Source: Gonapodya sp. JEL0774 (Eukaryota). Taken from it: a stretch of DNA of 64,000 nucleotides. The stretch spans positions 1 to 64,000 of the forward strand of contig JADIIX010000058.1 in the NCBI GenBank assembly GCA_027604505.1. Reading direction: 5' to 3'. Within the stretch, counting starts at the first letter, position 1. Every line of letters begins with the position of its first letter. The notes beneath the pieces are model-generated. The model made no database searches. It was not told where the DNA came from and worked only from the letters and a program-made list of their open reading frames with translations. Below are positions 25,187 through 37,786 of this stretch, one piece after another. A program made the translations under genes and the position numbers.

Positions 25187-27773
25187 TGTGTGAGAACTCC
25201 ACGCTGTCCGCGATGATTTTCAGTTCGCATGCTCCGAGATGCCCTGGCTTCCCTCCCATCGTTCTTTCTCCCCTTCCCCATCGCATGACGGTGCCGCTTC
25301 AGAGAATCTAGCCCTGAACAAAGACGTGTGACTGCATTTTACATTGATAATCCACCTACGCCAGATGGGCGGTGACCAAAACACGATGTGCAATCCTCAG
25401 TTCCAGGTCAAGCGCCGGTCTGAGTTGCATTCCGGATATACCAGGAACGCAAAGACGAGACAAGTGAGAGTGGAGTACAATCATTGCTTGGGAAAGGAGA
25501 AGAAAGGAGCGGGGTGAAGGGATTGGAATCTACATAATTGGTCGGATGGCTCGGGGATGATCCCAGTCCACGGCTGCCGAGCACACCAAAGAAAGGAAGA
25601 AGTCATCCATCGGACAGGCAATTTCAAAAGACCGGTTATGCTGGCGTTTTCTGTGGCACTTGAAACGCCCCCAATCTCGAGGTCGTCTATCAACGTTGTC
25701 TTCTGGCCGTTAAACGACTCGTCACGCCTGATGGGATATATTGTGTCCTCGTGGTTCCACCAAGGACATGGGAACGACTCGAAGCTGTGTCGTTCGTTGG
25801 GTGGTCGAACCCATCGACGAGGCATCACACATGTTCTCTCTTGGACTCGGGGATGCTACAAGAGAATAGAGATTGTGCGGTCATGTGGATCGTTCTTTGA
25901 ACTGTGGGAGGGTTCGGGTCGAGGATAGGATTGTTGTCTATGTTCTGCGCCCCCGCCAAAACTCTGGTCTCCGAGCTCTCAACTTTGGAGTTTGGCAGGG
26001 CCACTGACATCGATGACAATCGAGGGGTTGCTTGTCCTCTTTTTTTTTTTTTGTTTTTTTTTTGCTCTGGTGGTGCGCGTTCGGGATGTTCCTCTGACGG
26101 TGTTGGAAGCCGTGGCGCTTCTGTGTTCCATGGCTCTCCCTCTGTCCCTCCGTCGTGCATGACTCGAAAAAGACCAAACGAGCACAAGCACTGGCCAACA
26201 CACCATGCTCCCAGTACTCCGCTTTGTCGTTTTCAGACACATGTACCCCTTGCACACCCGCGGCGTCGTTGGGACCACTAGGTGATTGCCAATGCACCAG
26301 GCGCGGACCTTGCTCTCTGCTCTCGTGTCTGAGCAGGAGCCGGGATCCCACTCCCGTCTCACAAGGGAAGAGCGCCCGCCGCCCAGCTCAAATTTTCGAA
26401 TTCTCGAGGGGGGAAGGATCACGTGTGGTGTGGAGCACGTGTTGGATCGAGGGAGCAACAAATGCACTCGAAAAACACGTTCAGCATTATCACTTTTTTT
26501 TTCGTTTGTCTTTTCTGCCAAGTGTAAAGCCGAGTTCGAGGTTAGGGTGATGTGCTTACGATCTCTACCTCCAGTTCGGCTGTATGTACGGACAAAAAAG
26601 ACAATTACAATCTCGGTCTTCCGAGCGAGGTTTCGGTTTCCCTGTGTTGCCCTGATGATTCCCCTTTGCAATGACCTCGAGCAAGAGACCATCAGCGCAA
26701 CCAGACTATGACGGGCAGGTTTGGTTGGCCCCCTTGCCACGAGGTTGTAGAATGTACTAGCGACCTCGTGGAAGAGACCGTTACATAACACAACTGTGAG
26801 GGGCAGTTTGTGTCGACGCCTGTTGCCAAGATTGTGGGGATGCACCATACATGGTAAATGGATCATGTACATCCGTGATAAAGGCTACACACAACAGCCT
26901 ACAACAACAACAACAAAAATATAAAACTTACTATGGCCAGTCTTTCGTCGTACTGTGGTTTACCCCCGCCGAGGTTGAGAGGGTGTGTGGTGGTGGGGAG
27001 TGTGAAAGAGCTGTCCCCGGAGTGTGGAGTCATGATGCTCGAGAGAAACAATCGGCAATTCGTTTTGTATTATTACTATGTAGTAGGGGTGTGGGGCAAA
27101 TCCGAATGGAGCGAATGATAAATCAAGCATTTATTCCAACACAGATATGTTTGTCCTTCATTGGCAGGTCTAGAGCATCTCATGCGGGTTGGCGTTGTCC
27201 TTCCCCCCTCCCTCCCTCCTCTCTCGCCCCTTGACCCGAAGTGTGACCTGCCTCGAATATGAGCACAAAGGCCGTTTTCACATTTGTGCTAGACTAGATA
27301 AATGCTTTAGCAAATATATACATTCCTCGTCAGTATACTGTACCTCTCCCCCCTTTTGCACCAATTCCTAACAACTCACGCTATATGGGAGCTTCAAGAC
27401 GGGCCGCCAGTACTATACTTAATCAATAGGAATAGGAGAAGAGGAAGAAGGGAGCAGGGTTGATGTTCAGTTGAGCGTGTACATATTGTTTTGGAGTTTG
27501 TGGTGTTGGAATGCTGTGGTCGTGGGTGTGGGAGGGGAGTTTGAGACTGGACAGGAACACCCGCCCACATCCATCGATCGGACAGGTGATTGCAGCAAGG
27601 AGGAGACGTGGATTGTTTGAGGAGTACTGACTGCTGCTGTCTCTGGACGGACTTGCATCCACCACTCTCGGCCCATTGCCCCGACTCCCACCACACCCGG
27701 GTACCCATACACCCCTTCCCCCATACACACCCAACCAACCAACCCCTACCAACACCCCCACCCAGTCGCTGAA

Positions 27774-28840
27774 ATGGTCACTAAATCAAAGGCAAAGAAG
27801 TCGGCGGAGGTCCGTGTCTCTCCTGCCCTACTCTCGCACCCTCCTCTCCCACCTTGCTCACTCTCCACCTCTCTCCCCCTCTCTCCCTCCTTCTCCAGTC
27901 CATCAACACCCGCCTCGCCCTGGTCATGAAGAGCGGGAAGTACACTCTCGGCTACAAATCCACCCTCAAGACTCTCAGACAGGGAAAATGTGAGTCTCAC
28001 TGTCCACCGCACCATCACTCATCCTCCCATCATCCATACACCCTTCTCCTTACTTTACCCTTTCAGCCAAACTCGTCATCATCTCCGGAAACTGCCCCCC
28101 GCTCCGCAAGTCCGAGCTCGAGTACTATGCCATGCTCTCAAAGACGGGCGTACACCACTACTCTGGAAGTGAGTTTTCCGGGCTTTGTGGCCTTGATGGT
28201 CTTGGGCTCAGGACGCCACGATCGGATGGTTTGCGTCGAACGGGGTTTGAGTTCGGGGTTGAAGGATGGGCGAGAACGAGCAATATGAAGAAAATGGCAA
28301 CAGAGCACTCATGCGACATGCGACATCGGACAGAGATTCTGTCTAACAGTGCGTGGAAGACAGTCGAAAATGGCCGCACAGACCGGCGGATCGGTGACGG
28401 GGGATACCACTTGGGGACATTGGAGGGCGAAAAGAGGGCGACTTCACATTGGGACTCGCGGCAGAGCCTCGGAGAGACAAACATGTGGAACCCCAATGGA
28501 ACCGAGAGAATTCAGGGACCGACCCCAGTGAGGCGAATCGAACGAACCGAGGGACTGGCTCGAGTAACATGCAGACGGACCCAAAGACACTGCTGTTGTC
28601 CGGGATCGGAAAATGCGGGAACTGAGGGCGCTACCGATCGAACCCCCGTGCTATAATATCCACCCCACCGCATGTGTCGCGCTTCTGGTCTGCACCGTCT
28701 GACCCCTCTCCCCTCTTTCCCCACCCTCTCTTTCCCACCCAGACAACATCGACCTCGGCACCGCTTGCGGTCGGTACTTCCGAGTGGGCGTCTTGTCCAT
28801 CATGGACGCTGGCGACTCGGATATCACGGCGACGCAGTAG
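27774..28840 (+). CDS. RPL30: 60S ribosomal protein eL30
   Basis: Four exons give [103 protein letters not shown]. Confidence 0.98.
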
Positions 28841-30378
28841 AGGGGGGTGTGTGGTGGAGGGTGTGCTGGGGGTCTTTGGGGTGGAGGGTGAAGGGTGGAG
28901 GATTGGCGTGGTTATGTGGGGGTGGTTTTGCGTGCCGGTTGGTGATACTGGGGTGCGGGATTCTAGTTCGTGCCCGCGTTGGGGTAGAGTGTGACTGTGG
29001 GAGGCTAGATGGAATACATTGCACATAATTACGTGGGTTTGGTTGGTGTGGGCTCGGTGTGTTTGTTGCCTGGGGCACGTAGCATATGTACACGGACCAC
29101 ATGTCTTGCCCAGGTCATCCAGAGGGATCGATCAGGAAACCAACAACCGCATTCAACCGCATTCAACTGCAGTTTGAACACACGTCACCACTAAAAAAAA
29201 AAAAATTGGTTCGTATGTTATCTTCCACTGAGGTTGAATGCCGTTCACTGCCTCAGTTGGAGAGTTTTAACCGACCGTGAACCAAAGGTTCAACAGGGAG
29301 GGTTTCAAGAGTCATCATGGGGGCTTGAAGGCCCCGTCGGTATTTAATATTTTTACGGGTGATCCCAATGGTTAGAGACAGATATACTAGGAGAGGATGA
29401 ACCTGTCGCTCGTGCTCTTTGTGTGAGAACACGCATCAAAAAGAATACGCTGAGCTCACTGTAAAATGTCACGCACGACCTTGGGAGGTCGACAGCCAAT
29501 CAATCAATCATGGTAAATCGATCATGGAACGCCCCCAACTTGAAACCCTACACTGACATTCTTCGGAGCCACGGGTGGGTTGCACGGAAGTCGCGCTGGC
29601 ATCTGCGCTTTTGGGGGGAGACATTGTCTCTCACCACCCGTGCGGTACCGCAGAGCTCTGGAACCTGAATGTCAGGCGATGGTACGGTGCCTATATTAAT
29701 CAACAGTGCATTTCATTTGAATCGTATGTAATTTGAACGCTCCCAGTTGTTCGAAACGGGGACAAGCGTGGGACTCTCCTGGAGCCTCATGTGGTGCTCC
29801 CAAACTCCCCAACGATATCCTGAGCTCAAATCTCACAGATCGTGGAGGGCAACATCAAGGATATTTCGTCGCCGTCAAACGTGCTTTGACCGCGTTCCAG
29901 GACAGTCCGTAGTGCAGACATCCTCATGAACGTTGTTGGAGGAACTCCAAAGCTCCCCGTAGGCGTCTCTTTCAACCAATCACACTGGATGATCCGCACA
30001 TCTGTGAAAACCGCCACTGACAACATTTATCGGTAAGTTTTTCTTGATCGAAAAAAAACATTCACATTCATCCAATCCATTTTAGTCGTACCAAAATGCA
30101 CCGTCAGGCGCTCTCCGTGAGATCTTCTCCACGAGGAAAACCCGTCTCCCCACTCTCATCACCATTTCTACCACAGGAATCGACGACCGTAGCCCAAGCG
30201 ATGTTCCTCTTCTCTTTGCACCACTGTACCATTGGCTCTTAGCGGTTCCCCACAGGGACAAGCGACGGGCAGACACGCAAGATTGTCGATGCTTCTGCAG
30301 GGGGACAACAAATTGTTGGAAGCTTTTGTCCGGCAGGGGACAAACAAATCGTTGGAAGCTAGCACTAGGCACTAGTCA

Positions 30379-31331
30379 CTACACAAGAAGGCGACCACCG
30401 TCGCTCTCGATCAACTTTCCCACCACAAATCTGGAGAGTAGGTTTGGTTTGAGTCTCTAAACAAGACAACTGCAACTTCCATAGGCATTCGTCTCACCTG
30501 TCTCGCATGCAGTACAAGTACGCCTCTGCCACGTCTTCCGGCGCTCCCAACACCTTCGTTGTCGTCGCCATTCTCGCTCTCTCCTTGAAATCTTCTGGGA
30601 AACGCCCCCACAATTCCGTGGGCACTGCCCCTGGAGAGACAACATTGATGCGTATGGGAGCCAGGTCCACACTCAGGCCGCGTACGAGTCCTTCCTTGGC
30701 AGCTCCATAAGCAGCTGCGAGCGCCCAACCCTCACCGGGTTTGGCCGAGTTTGTGCCCCCAGTAAAAGTGACGCTGCTGGCTGGGGACACTGTGAGATAC
30801 TTTCCTTGGTTAGCAGCCAGAATTTTGCCGAGAACAACGAGAACAAAAAAGCGGGTGGTGCCAGAGGCAATGATTGCAGCTAATGAAGCGATATTCACGT
30901 ATGGTGAGGAGGAACGATGTCTGATCAACAATTGCACACTCTCCAAGGCACCTGCACCCACTCCTACCTGGCGTCAACTTTGCCAAGGGTACAAAATTTA
31001 ACGCATCCCCCGACGTCACTGCAATATGGTCCAACGGCCCTCCCAACGCATCTAACGCCGCATCCAAAACTTTAATTAACACTGCCTCCATGGTGTCCAA
31101 ATCCGCCAGATCCCCCGGCGTGCCACCCACGGCCGACGCATCCAAGTGTGAATAGATCCCTCTGAGACGGTCGACGGCACGCGCGACCTTCTCGGGCTTG
31201 GAGGAAGACACGTGGACTCTGGCGCCGGATGCGAGGCAGCCGCTCGCCACGGCGAACCCGATGCCCGACGTGCCGCCTAGGATGAGGACACGGGAGCTAG
31301 AAAGTTTGGACGGAAAAGGTGCATCAGACAT
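30379..31331 (-). CDS. Short-chain dehydrogenase/reductase
   Basis: VLILGGTSGIG Rossmann motif, YGAAK, IRINVVSPGAV and a last exon DRFVVGKLIESDGG. Two introns. Confidence 0.9.
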
Positions 31332-31749
31332 GGCTGGAGTGATGTGGATCGCGAATCGTACATTAATGAAGGTCCAAGGGAAATCGAATTTATGCGAAGT
31401 GGTCCTCTCGGCAATTGCAAATTAAACACCCCCTCTGTCACCACCAGACGTTACGATCCCGTTTGAACAAACTGATATCCGTACCCGCGGATAACCCATG
31501 ATGGAAAATAAATGAATAACACAGAATTCACCTTTTGGGTGGCCGTTCGATCATGGTACTTATAGTCCAACTGCCTCGCCACGTACGTGCTGATGACACC
31601 AATCAGTGGAAACATATGTGGAGTCATTCAGAACACCGCTAGTCGTTTTCATTTGTTTCCTGTTGTCCTGTCCCTGTCTATGGTGATCAGGCAAGCCCCT
31701 TCAGTGTCCCCCACACCCCGCAAAACCCATTCCCCTGCATGCATCCCCA

Positions 31750-34098
31750 ATGCACACCACTCCCCATCTCGTCCTCCCGCTCGCACTCCTCTTTGCAGCT
31801 ACCGCCCGCCCACTTTTGGTATCTTCTTCGTCGCTTGACCTTCAGAGGACGTTCGTCGTGCCCGGGATCACGGCAGAGGTCGTATATGGGGGATTGGACG
31901 GTGAGCGTGCACCACGGTGAAGGGGAGGGAAACGGGGAACTGACTGAACGCGTTGTGCTCGTGTTTTTTTTTATCTTTTCGGCTTTGTGTCTGATTTTGG
32001 GATTCTAGAGCCGAGAGGAATGCAGTATGATGGGCTGACGCATTCGTTGATCGGTGAGGCCAACGAACCCGATTTCCATCTGTCCACCCAGAATTTTCCA
32101 CCAAAAAATCATCCAAATCCAACCGCACCCCTCACTCCGTCCGCCGTGAACCCGTTCCATTCTCCCTCCCCCCCAACCCCCCAAAGTCCTCGCCCGCGGC
32201 CCCCTCACCTCGGCCATCCTCTCCTTCCCCCTCCCGGTGCCCCCGCCCCCCTCCCCATCTCCTTCCCCGTCCGCCCGCATCTCGAGTGGGTTCCCTCTCC
32301 CTACACCACCGACGGTCCTCCTCGACACCCGGCAGACGAACGAGGTGTTTCGGGGCGGGTTGACACATGGGATTGCGTTGAGTCGTGGGGATGGAGACGG
32401 GATGGGTGGCAGGTGGTTGTATGCGAGTTCGACTGGGGAGGTGTACAGGTGGGTTTGGGGAGGGTGGGGGGGCGTGGGGCGGTGGTGGAAGTTTAGGTCA
32501 TATCACGAGTGAGGGACGGACGGACGGCATGGTGTGGGAGTGTGAGACTGGGACGCGGAACAGCGTGATGCAACTATCGCCCGTCGATCTCTGTTCCACC
32601 CCGCACTCCAATTCCCGCCCGTCCAGATGGCCCTACACGCCCCCCACACCCCTCTCCCTCCCGCTCACCCAACTCGTGGTGAGGGGCATCCCCCCCGACG
32701 CGGGACACAACACTCGCACGCTCGTCCTGTCCCCCGACGGTCGGTCACTCTACGTATCCATCGGCGCCGTCAACGACGTGGACCCGGATTCGCAGCACGC
32801 GAGGGTCGTGCAGTTTGATCTGGAGGCGTTCGACAAGGGGAACGCGACCAGGCCGTTGGAATGGATAGGGGACGGAGTGAGTGGGCGAGTGTCGAGGAGT
32901 GTCTTTGGGGGTGGAAGCATGTTTCGAAGATCTGCTGTGGTTTCGGGGAGAGTGGGTGTACACCGACTTTGACACCAATCTCTATTTTTTTCGTTTCGCA
33001 GGTCGTTGTGGCGGACGGCGTGAGGAACGCCGTAGCTATGAGATTCGATCCGTTTGCCGGGAACGGAGGGGAGCATTTGTGGGAGGCGGACAATGGACCT
33101 GATGGGCTCGTCAACAAGACCTTGGGGGAGAGTATTGCAGAGGACAATCCTGGAGAGGTGAGACAAAACCGCGCGCGTTTGTATAAGGTACCACCCTGTC
33201 AGTGACTCGATCTGATACCCGTGTGCGTGGTTCCATTGTACGGGTCCACATTACAGGAACTTAATCTCTTCAACATTACCGACCTCAAACAAGGTCCACG
33301 AGCCCCATTCTACGGCTACCCCTTCTGTTTTACCGAAGGAATTTACCCCCGCACCTTCCAACAAGGACCGGGATCACAGCACACCTGGCCAGGCTTCTCG
33401 TTCGACTGCACAAACTCCACGGTCAACATTCCCCCGATCCTCACCATGCCTGCGCACGTCGCGCCCATCGACCTGGTATTTTTCGAACAGTGCAACGCGT
33501 CGTCCTCGCACAGCTTACCGTGTGAATGGCAAGGCGATATGTTTGTGTCCCTTCACGGAAGCTTGAGGCGGACCATCGCGCCTGTGGGATAGTGAGTGCG
33601 TGAAGAAGAAATCATGTTTATGCTTGATTTTCGGGGGGAGCCCTGGGCGTCAACGAGGCTACCGCTCTGTTTTCCAGCAAGATTGTGCGGATTCCATTTG
33701 GGAAATCATCAAGGCTTCCGTCAGAAGGACCCGTCGACGTTTTCGGTCACATTGATCCTGCTACAAAGTGCCCCATCTCCACCATGAAATCGTGTCTCAG
33801 GCCCGCGGGTCTTGCTTTTGAGTGAGTCTTTTTGATACCCGCAGTGCTCTTCCCCGCGTCACAAATTCGTACCCACAACAGTGCGTTTGGTAGGCTCTAC
33901 ACATCACTAGATTCCACTGGTGAAATTGTAGTCGTCCGACGGGTGCTGTTTGGCGAGAAGGATGATGAGGGGAGCCCAATAACGATGTCCCCTGAGGCAG
34001 ATGGCAATGTCAGATTCGTGTCTTGGGGTGTGCGAACGTCGAGACTTGTGTTCTGGGTCGAATTTTTCCTATGTATTGGTGTAGTTCTAATTCTTTGA
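31750..34098 (+). CDS. Secreted glucose/sorbosone (PQQ-dependent beta-propeller, AA12-like) dehydrogenase with C-terminal hydrophobic tail
   Basis: Signal peptide MHTTPHLVLPLALLFAATA, then PRGM, THGIAL, GHNTRTL, LYVSIG, GVRNAVAM, LWEADNGPD, DNPGEELN, FYGYPFCF, PAHVAPIDL, FVSLHGS and RPAGLAF. The tail is LVFWVEFFLCIGVVLIL. Confidence 0.85.
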
Positions 34099-34759
34099 CA
34101 TGGATTTATTGTGACCCTTGGCTTTCCTGGATCTACATGAACTCTTAGTAACGATGGAACGCGAAGCGCTGAAAGAGTTCCTCACTTTTCGAAGAACTGT
34201 CAGGGCAGAATCCACGAACTGAAACCAATCATTTCAACCGAGGAGCCGCGAGACATTATTGTGTTTTCGTTGATTGTTCCAACAGTATTTTAGGGTACTC
34301 TGAGTAGTGGAGAGCACTCACTCTGTCCACGCAAGCACTCAAACACGTTTCCTCGCTTTTGGACATGGATTTCCCAATTGTAGGAATACATTTGTCGAAG
34401 CATATGTCCTGTACCCCGTAATTGGCAAAGAAGATGTCAGTCTGAAGTCCAATCGTGGACGAAGGGAGGGATAGGGGAAGAGAAGAAGGGGGAGAGACGG
34501 GGAGAGAGAACGGACAGTGTACTGATGAACTCTACTCTGAAACTCCGCACGGCGCTGCTCTGCTTCTATGAACGATTGAAGCTCGCCTTGAATGTAGGGT
34601 GGGAGATGATTGGCGTGAGATCCAACGTGTCACAATCATCACTCGGTGCAATCGGTCAAGAAATGCACGTACTCCGGGACTTTTCGTCAAGTTCATTAGC
34701 CATGCTTTCTTTTTTCGTTCGGGTTTCACGTGCAACAAAGTTGGACCGGAGAGGTGAAG

Positions 34760-37603
34760 ATGGGGGGGTTCGCGATGACCGCAAAGAAGCAGCGCGGGGC
34801 CGATGCCGTCAAACAACCAGTTTATAGAGAGTTCTTGTACGAGGTACGGGGACACGAGGACGATGAGGTGGATTTTTGGAGCTTTTGGATATGTTTTCCA
34901 AGTGAGAAGATGGTAAGCCCAAATCCAACATACTGTTGAAGCCCTGCAGGTCATTTGCGAACGATCGTAGGGCGCATTCGGATCAGAAGCCGTACATGAC
35001 AGCGTCTAATGAAAAGTTTTCACTGACAGTCCCGGGCATAGTTGAAGATGATGGTGACGAGTTTGCTCACCTTTTCGATAAAGGAATCAACGGACATTGG
35101 GACGGTGCCAACCAGAGCAACGAAAGAATAGGATATGACGCGCACAGTCATGTTGGGTTGGATCCTCAACAGCGACCACAAATGGAGGACGACGAGGAAG
35201 CTGGAGCAACTCCAACTCCAACCAGAATCATACAGACATTTGCACCACCTCCGTTGTCACTCGTACCACCTATCAACACGTCTCCTTCTGGGCTGTCCTT
35301 GTTGCCGCAGCCGGTCGAACACTCCGAAACACGCGTTATCGCTCCTCGACCTCTCTCATTGAGGTCATCCCTGTCCCTCCATTCACCTACTGCAGGCCTC
35401 TCCCCCACTCCGACTCTGCGACTCGATTTACCAACCAACCATCGTTTTTCTTCTGATGGTGTGCACGAAGCAGATGGGCCAACAGCATCTCATATTGTTG
35501 TGCTTCGTCCAGTGTCTAGCTTCTCCACTGGCGCTGTTGCAAGGACAAGGGCCCTCTTGCCACCACTCATTGCACCTTACAGGTTTGGTCATATAGAGGA
35601 GGATTTATTTAGGGGAGGGTGAGTCCGAAGCATGCACTCTAGGGATCTTGCGTGAACATTTCCAGGAAATCTAGGAATATTGTGATTAGATCCGGACTCA
35701 AACTTTGCAAAGCGATATGCGCAAAGATCGTTTGCTAATCGAATCATTCCGAGCGGCAAACATCTCGATGCATTGCCGCGGATATTGATTATCGAGCGCG
35801 GCGAGGACTGATGCTCCCGAGAAAGTATCTTGAACCTCACGGAGGATTTTGTTTTGTGGCAACCCCAGATATCCCAAACCCCGCAACCACCGCTTCCTTC
35901 GCCGTTTGCGCCTCCGAACCATTGTTTCATTGACACCTGATCCACCGGCACCGGACCTTCTCGAGTTCTGCGGAGCTGAAAACATCAAATCTCTTCACAT
36001 TCCCGTTGCAAAGTCTAAAGGCTCCATCCCTTTAGGTTATGCCAGGGTTTCCGCCATTCTGCAAATATTGGTAAACGCGCAGCGGCATCCGATGTATGTA
36101 CACTGCCTCGACGGTGCCTTGGTAACTGGCTCGGTGATCATGTGTCTCCGCAAGTTGCAGCTGTGGACAGGCGCTGCTGCTATTGCGGAGTTCGCACGAT
36201 ACAGTGGCGACACCGTGGAAACCGAGCAAACTGAGTTTCTTGAAAGCTTCGGTGGAGAAATTGAGTTGCCAAGTCAGGGAGATATGGAACGTTACCCTCC
36301 GTGGCTTTGGGCTGGAGGGACAAAGATCCCTTTTCAGAAGAAACACCCGACGCTCAGGGTCCGGTTTGCACAACCGAAAACTCCACCTGCTCCAACTGGG
36401 ACTCCAAATGGAGGAGTTCCGAGTGCTGACAAAGATTATTGGGAAACCCGTGCTCCTAGGTCGCCGTCTGATCCTTTCGCAATTGCCGCAGCAGAGAGGC
36501 GGAGGACGCCACCCCCACATGCCATGCTTACACATCCGGGACTCCCTCTGCTTCCGTCCCCGCGACTTCCGCAATCTGCTTTCTCTACGACTGTCTCGCC
36601 CGGTTCATCGAAAAGAATGTCGGGCTCCGGCCGGTCGGCAGATTTAGGACGTGAAGGGACCGCCCCGTTTACCTTCCTCGCGCCGGTTCCTTCGGCTCAA
36701 CATTCTACCGTCGCAGGTGCGACCACCTTTCTGCCTCCTGCGACCTACCCGGCCTCTCCTCCCAGTGGGCCGGATCGGGTTTCGTTGCCCGGATCTCCTC
36801 CACTTCCGTCGGAGTCTTCGGGACACCAAACCAATGCATTTCCTTTTCCACCATCTCTCGATTCCTCATCTTCGCTCGGACTTGGCTCCCCAGTGGTATC
36901 AGTTGCGGGAACGCGGGATGTGTCACCAGTGTCGACGCGTCCTTCGAGTGCAAAGGGGTCTCGACTACAACAAACATCTTTCATGTCTTCCTCAGTCCCA
37001 CCCGACCCTTTCAATTCATGGGTTCTGGATCCGTCAATACCATCCTCTGCACTCGACCTCCGCCATATCCCCGGGTCGGACCTTGAGAATACTTCCACGA
37101 CTGCGCCCGCTCCGGTTCTATATTCTCCGCAGCGCGCTTTTTCCTCCTCCCCACACCCTCAAACCTCACGAACGTTGGTATCCGTTGAGCGCTCTGATCG
37201 CGAACTCCACTCTAATTCTGGTCAGCCACCACGACCTGCCTCCATCATGTATCGGCGAGAAACGTCACAACCTCCTACCCGACGAATGACAGCCACCGCC
37301 AACGGAGACGGATCTGTTTTTGTGGGTGGTGTCGCCCAGGCCGTGCGTGGGGTTATCAGCGCTTCTTCTGGCAGGCATGGATCATCTTCTCGTGGTTCTG
37401 AAGCCGATCGCGAAAGAGAACGAGAGAAAGAGAGGGATAGGGACAGGCTTGATCCTTTTGGTGCGCGCAAAAGAGAGATATTGCGAGCCCTCACTACCGG
37501 CCAGAAGGTGGTGGTGGATGACGACGAGGCGGATGATATTATTGAGGCTAGGGACGCGGGCGTTTCCCTGGTGGTGAAAGGTTTAGCGTTGGAGGGGATC
37601 TAA
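34760..37603 (+). CDS. OCA6: Oca6/Siw14-family tyrosine-phosphatase-like protein (probable pseudophosphatase)
   Basis: PPLIAPYRFGHIEEDLFRGG|YPKPRNHRFLRRLRLRTIVSLTP, YVHCLDGALVTG and CLRKLQLW...AEFARY. The start codon is uncertain (34760 via intron 34912-34986, or 34997). Confidence 0.8.
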
Positions 37604-37786
37604 TGGGAAACTGATAAGTTGGTTTACATAAAAGCATTAATTTGTGTACACACGTCACTTGCACTCAGTTTTGTTCAATACTTCTGCGTTTTTCATTTCG
37701 ATTAGTGGATTAGTGAACGGGTTCTAGAGAAAATGGGAATTGCTTGAATGTATTTCTGTATATACACTAGGGCTTCTTGTACAGGT

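Noticed and set aside
25284..25335. ATGA...TGA hairpin after the LRAT gene resembling a SECIS
   Set aside because: Helix II pairs poorly, the apical AA is not correctly placed, and the gene has no in-frame TGA.
26652..26658. CTGATGA resembling a hammerhead core or box C
   Set aside because: There is no downstream GAAA/stem III or box D on the same strand, and it is explained as one arm of a hairpin.
25481..27770. Several 100-300 aa ORFs between the LRAT gene and RPL30
   Set aside because: They have no recognisable motifs, run through poly-T/poly-A tracts and give no consistent splice model; probably non-coding.
29253..29318. Minus-strand ATGATGA...CTGA spaced like a C/D snoRNA
   Set aside because: The terminal stem is weak and I could not recognise an rRNA-complementary guide; not supportable by eye.
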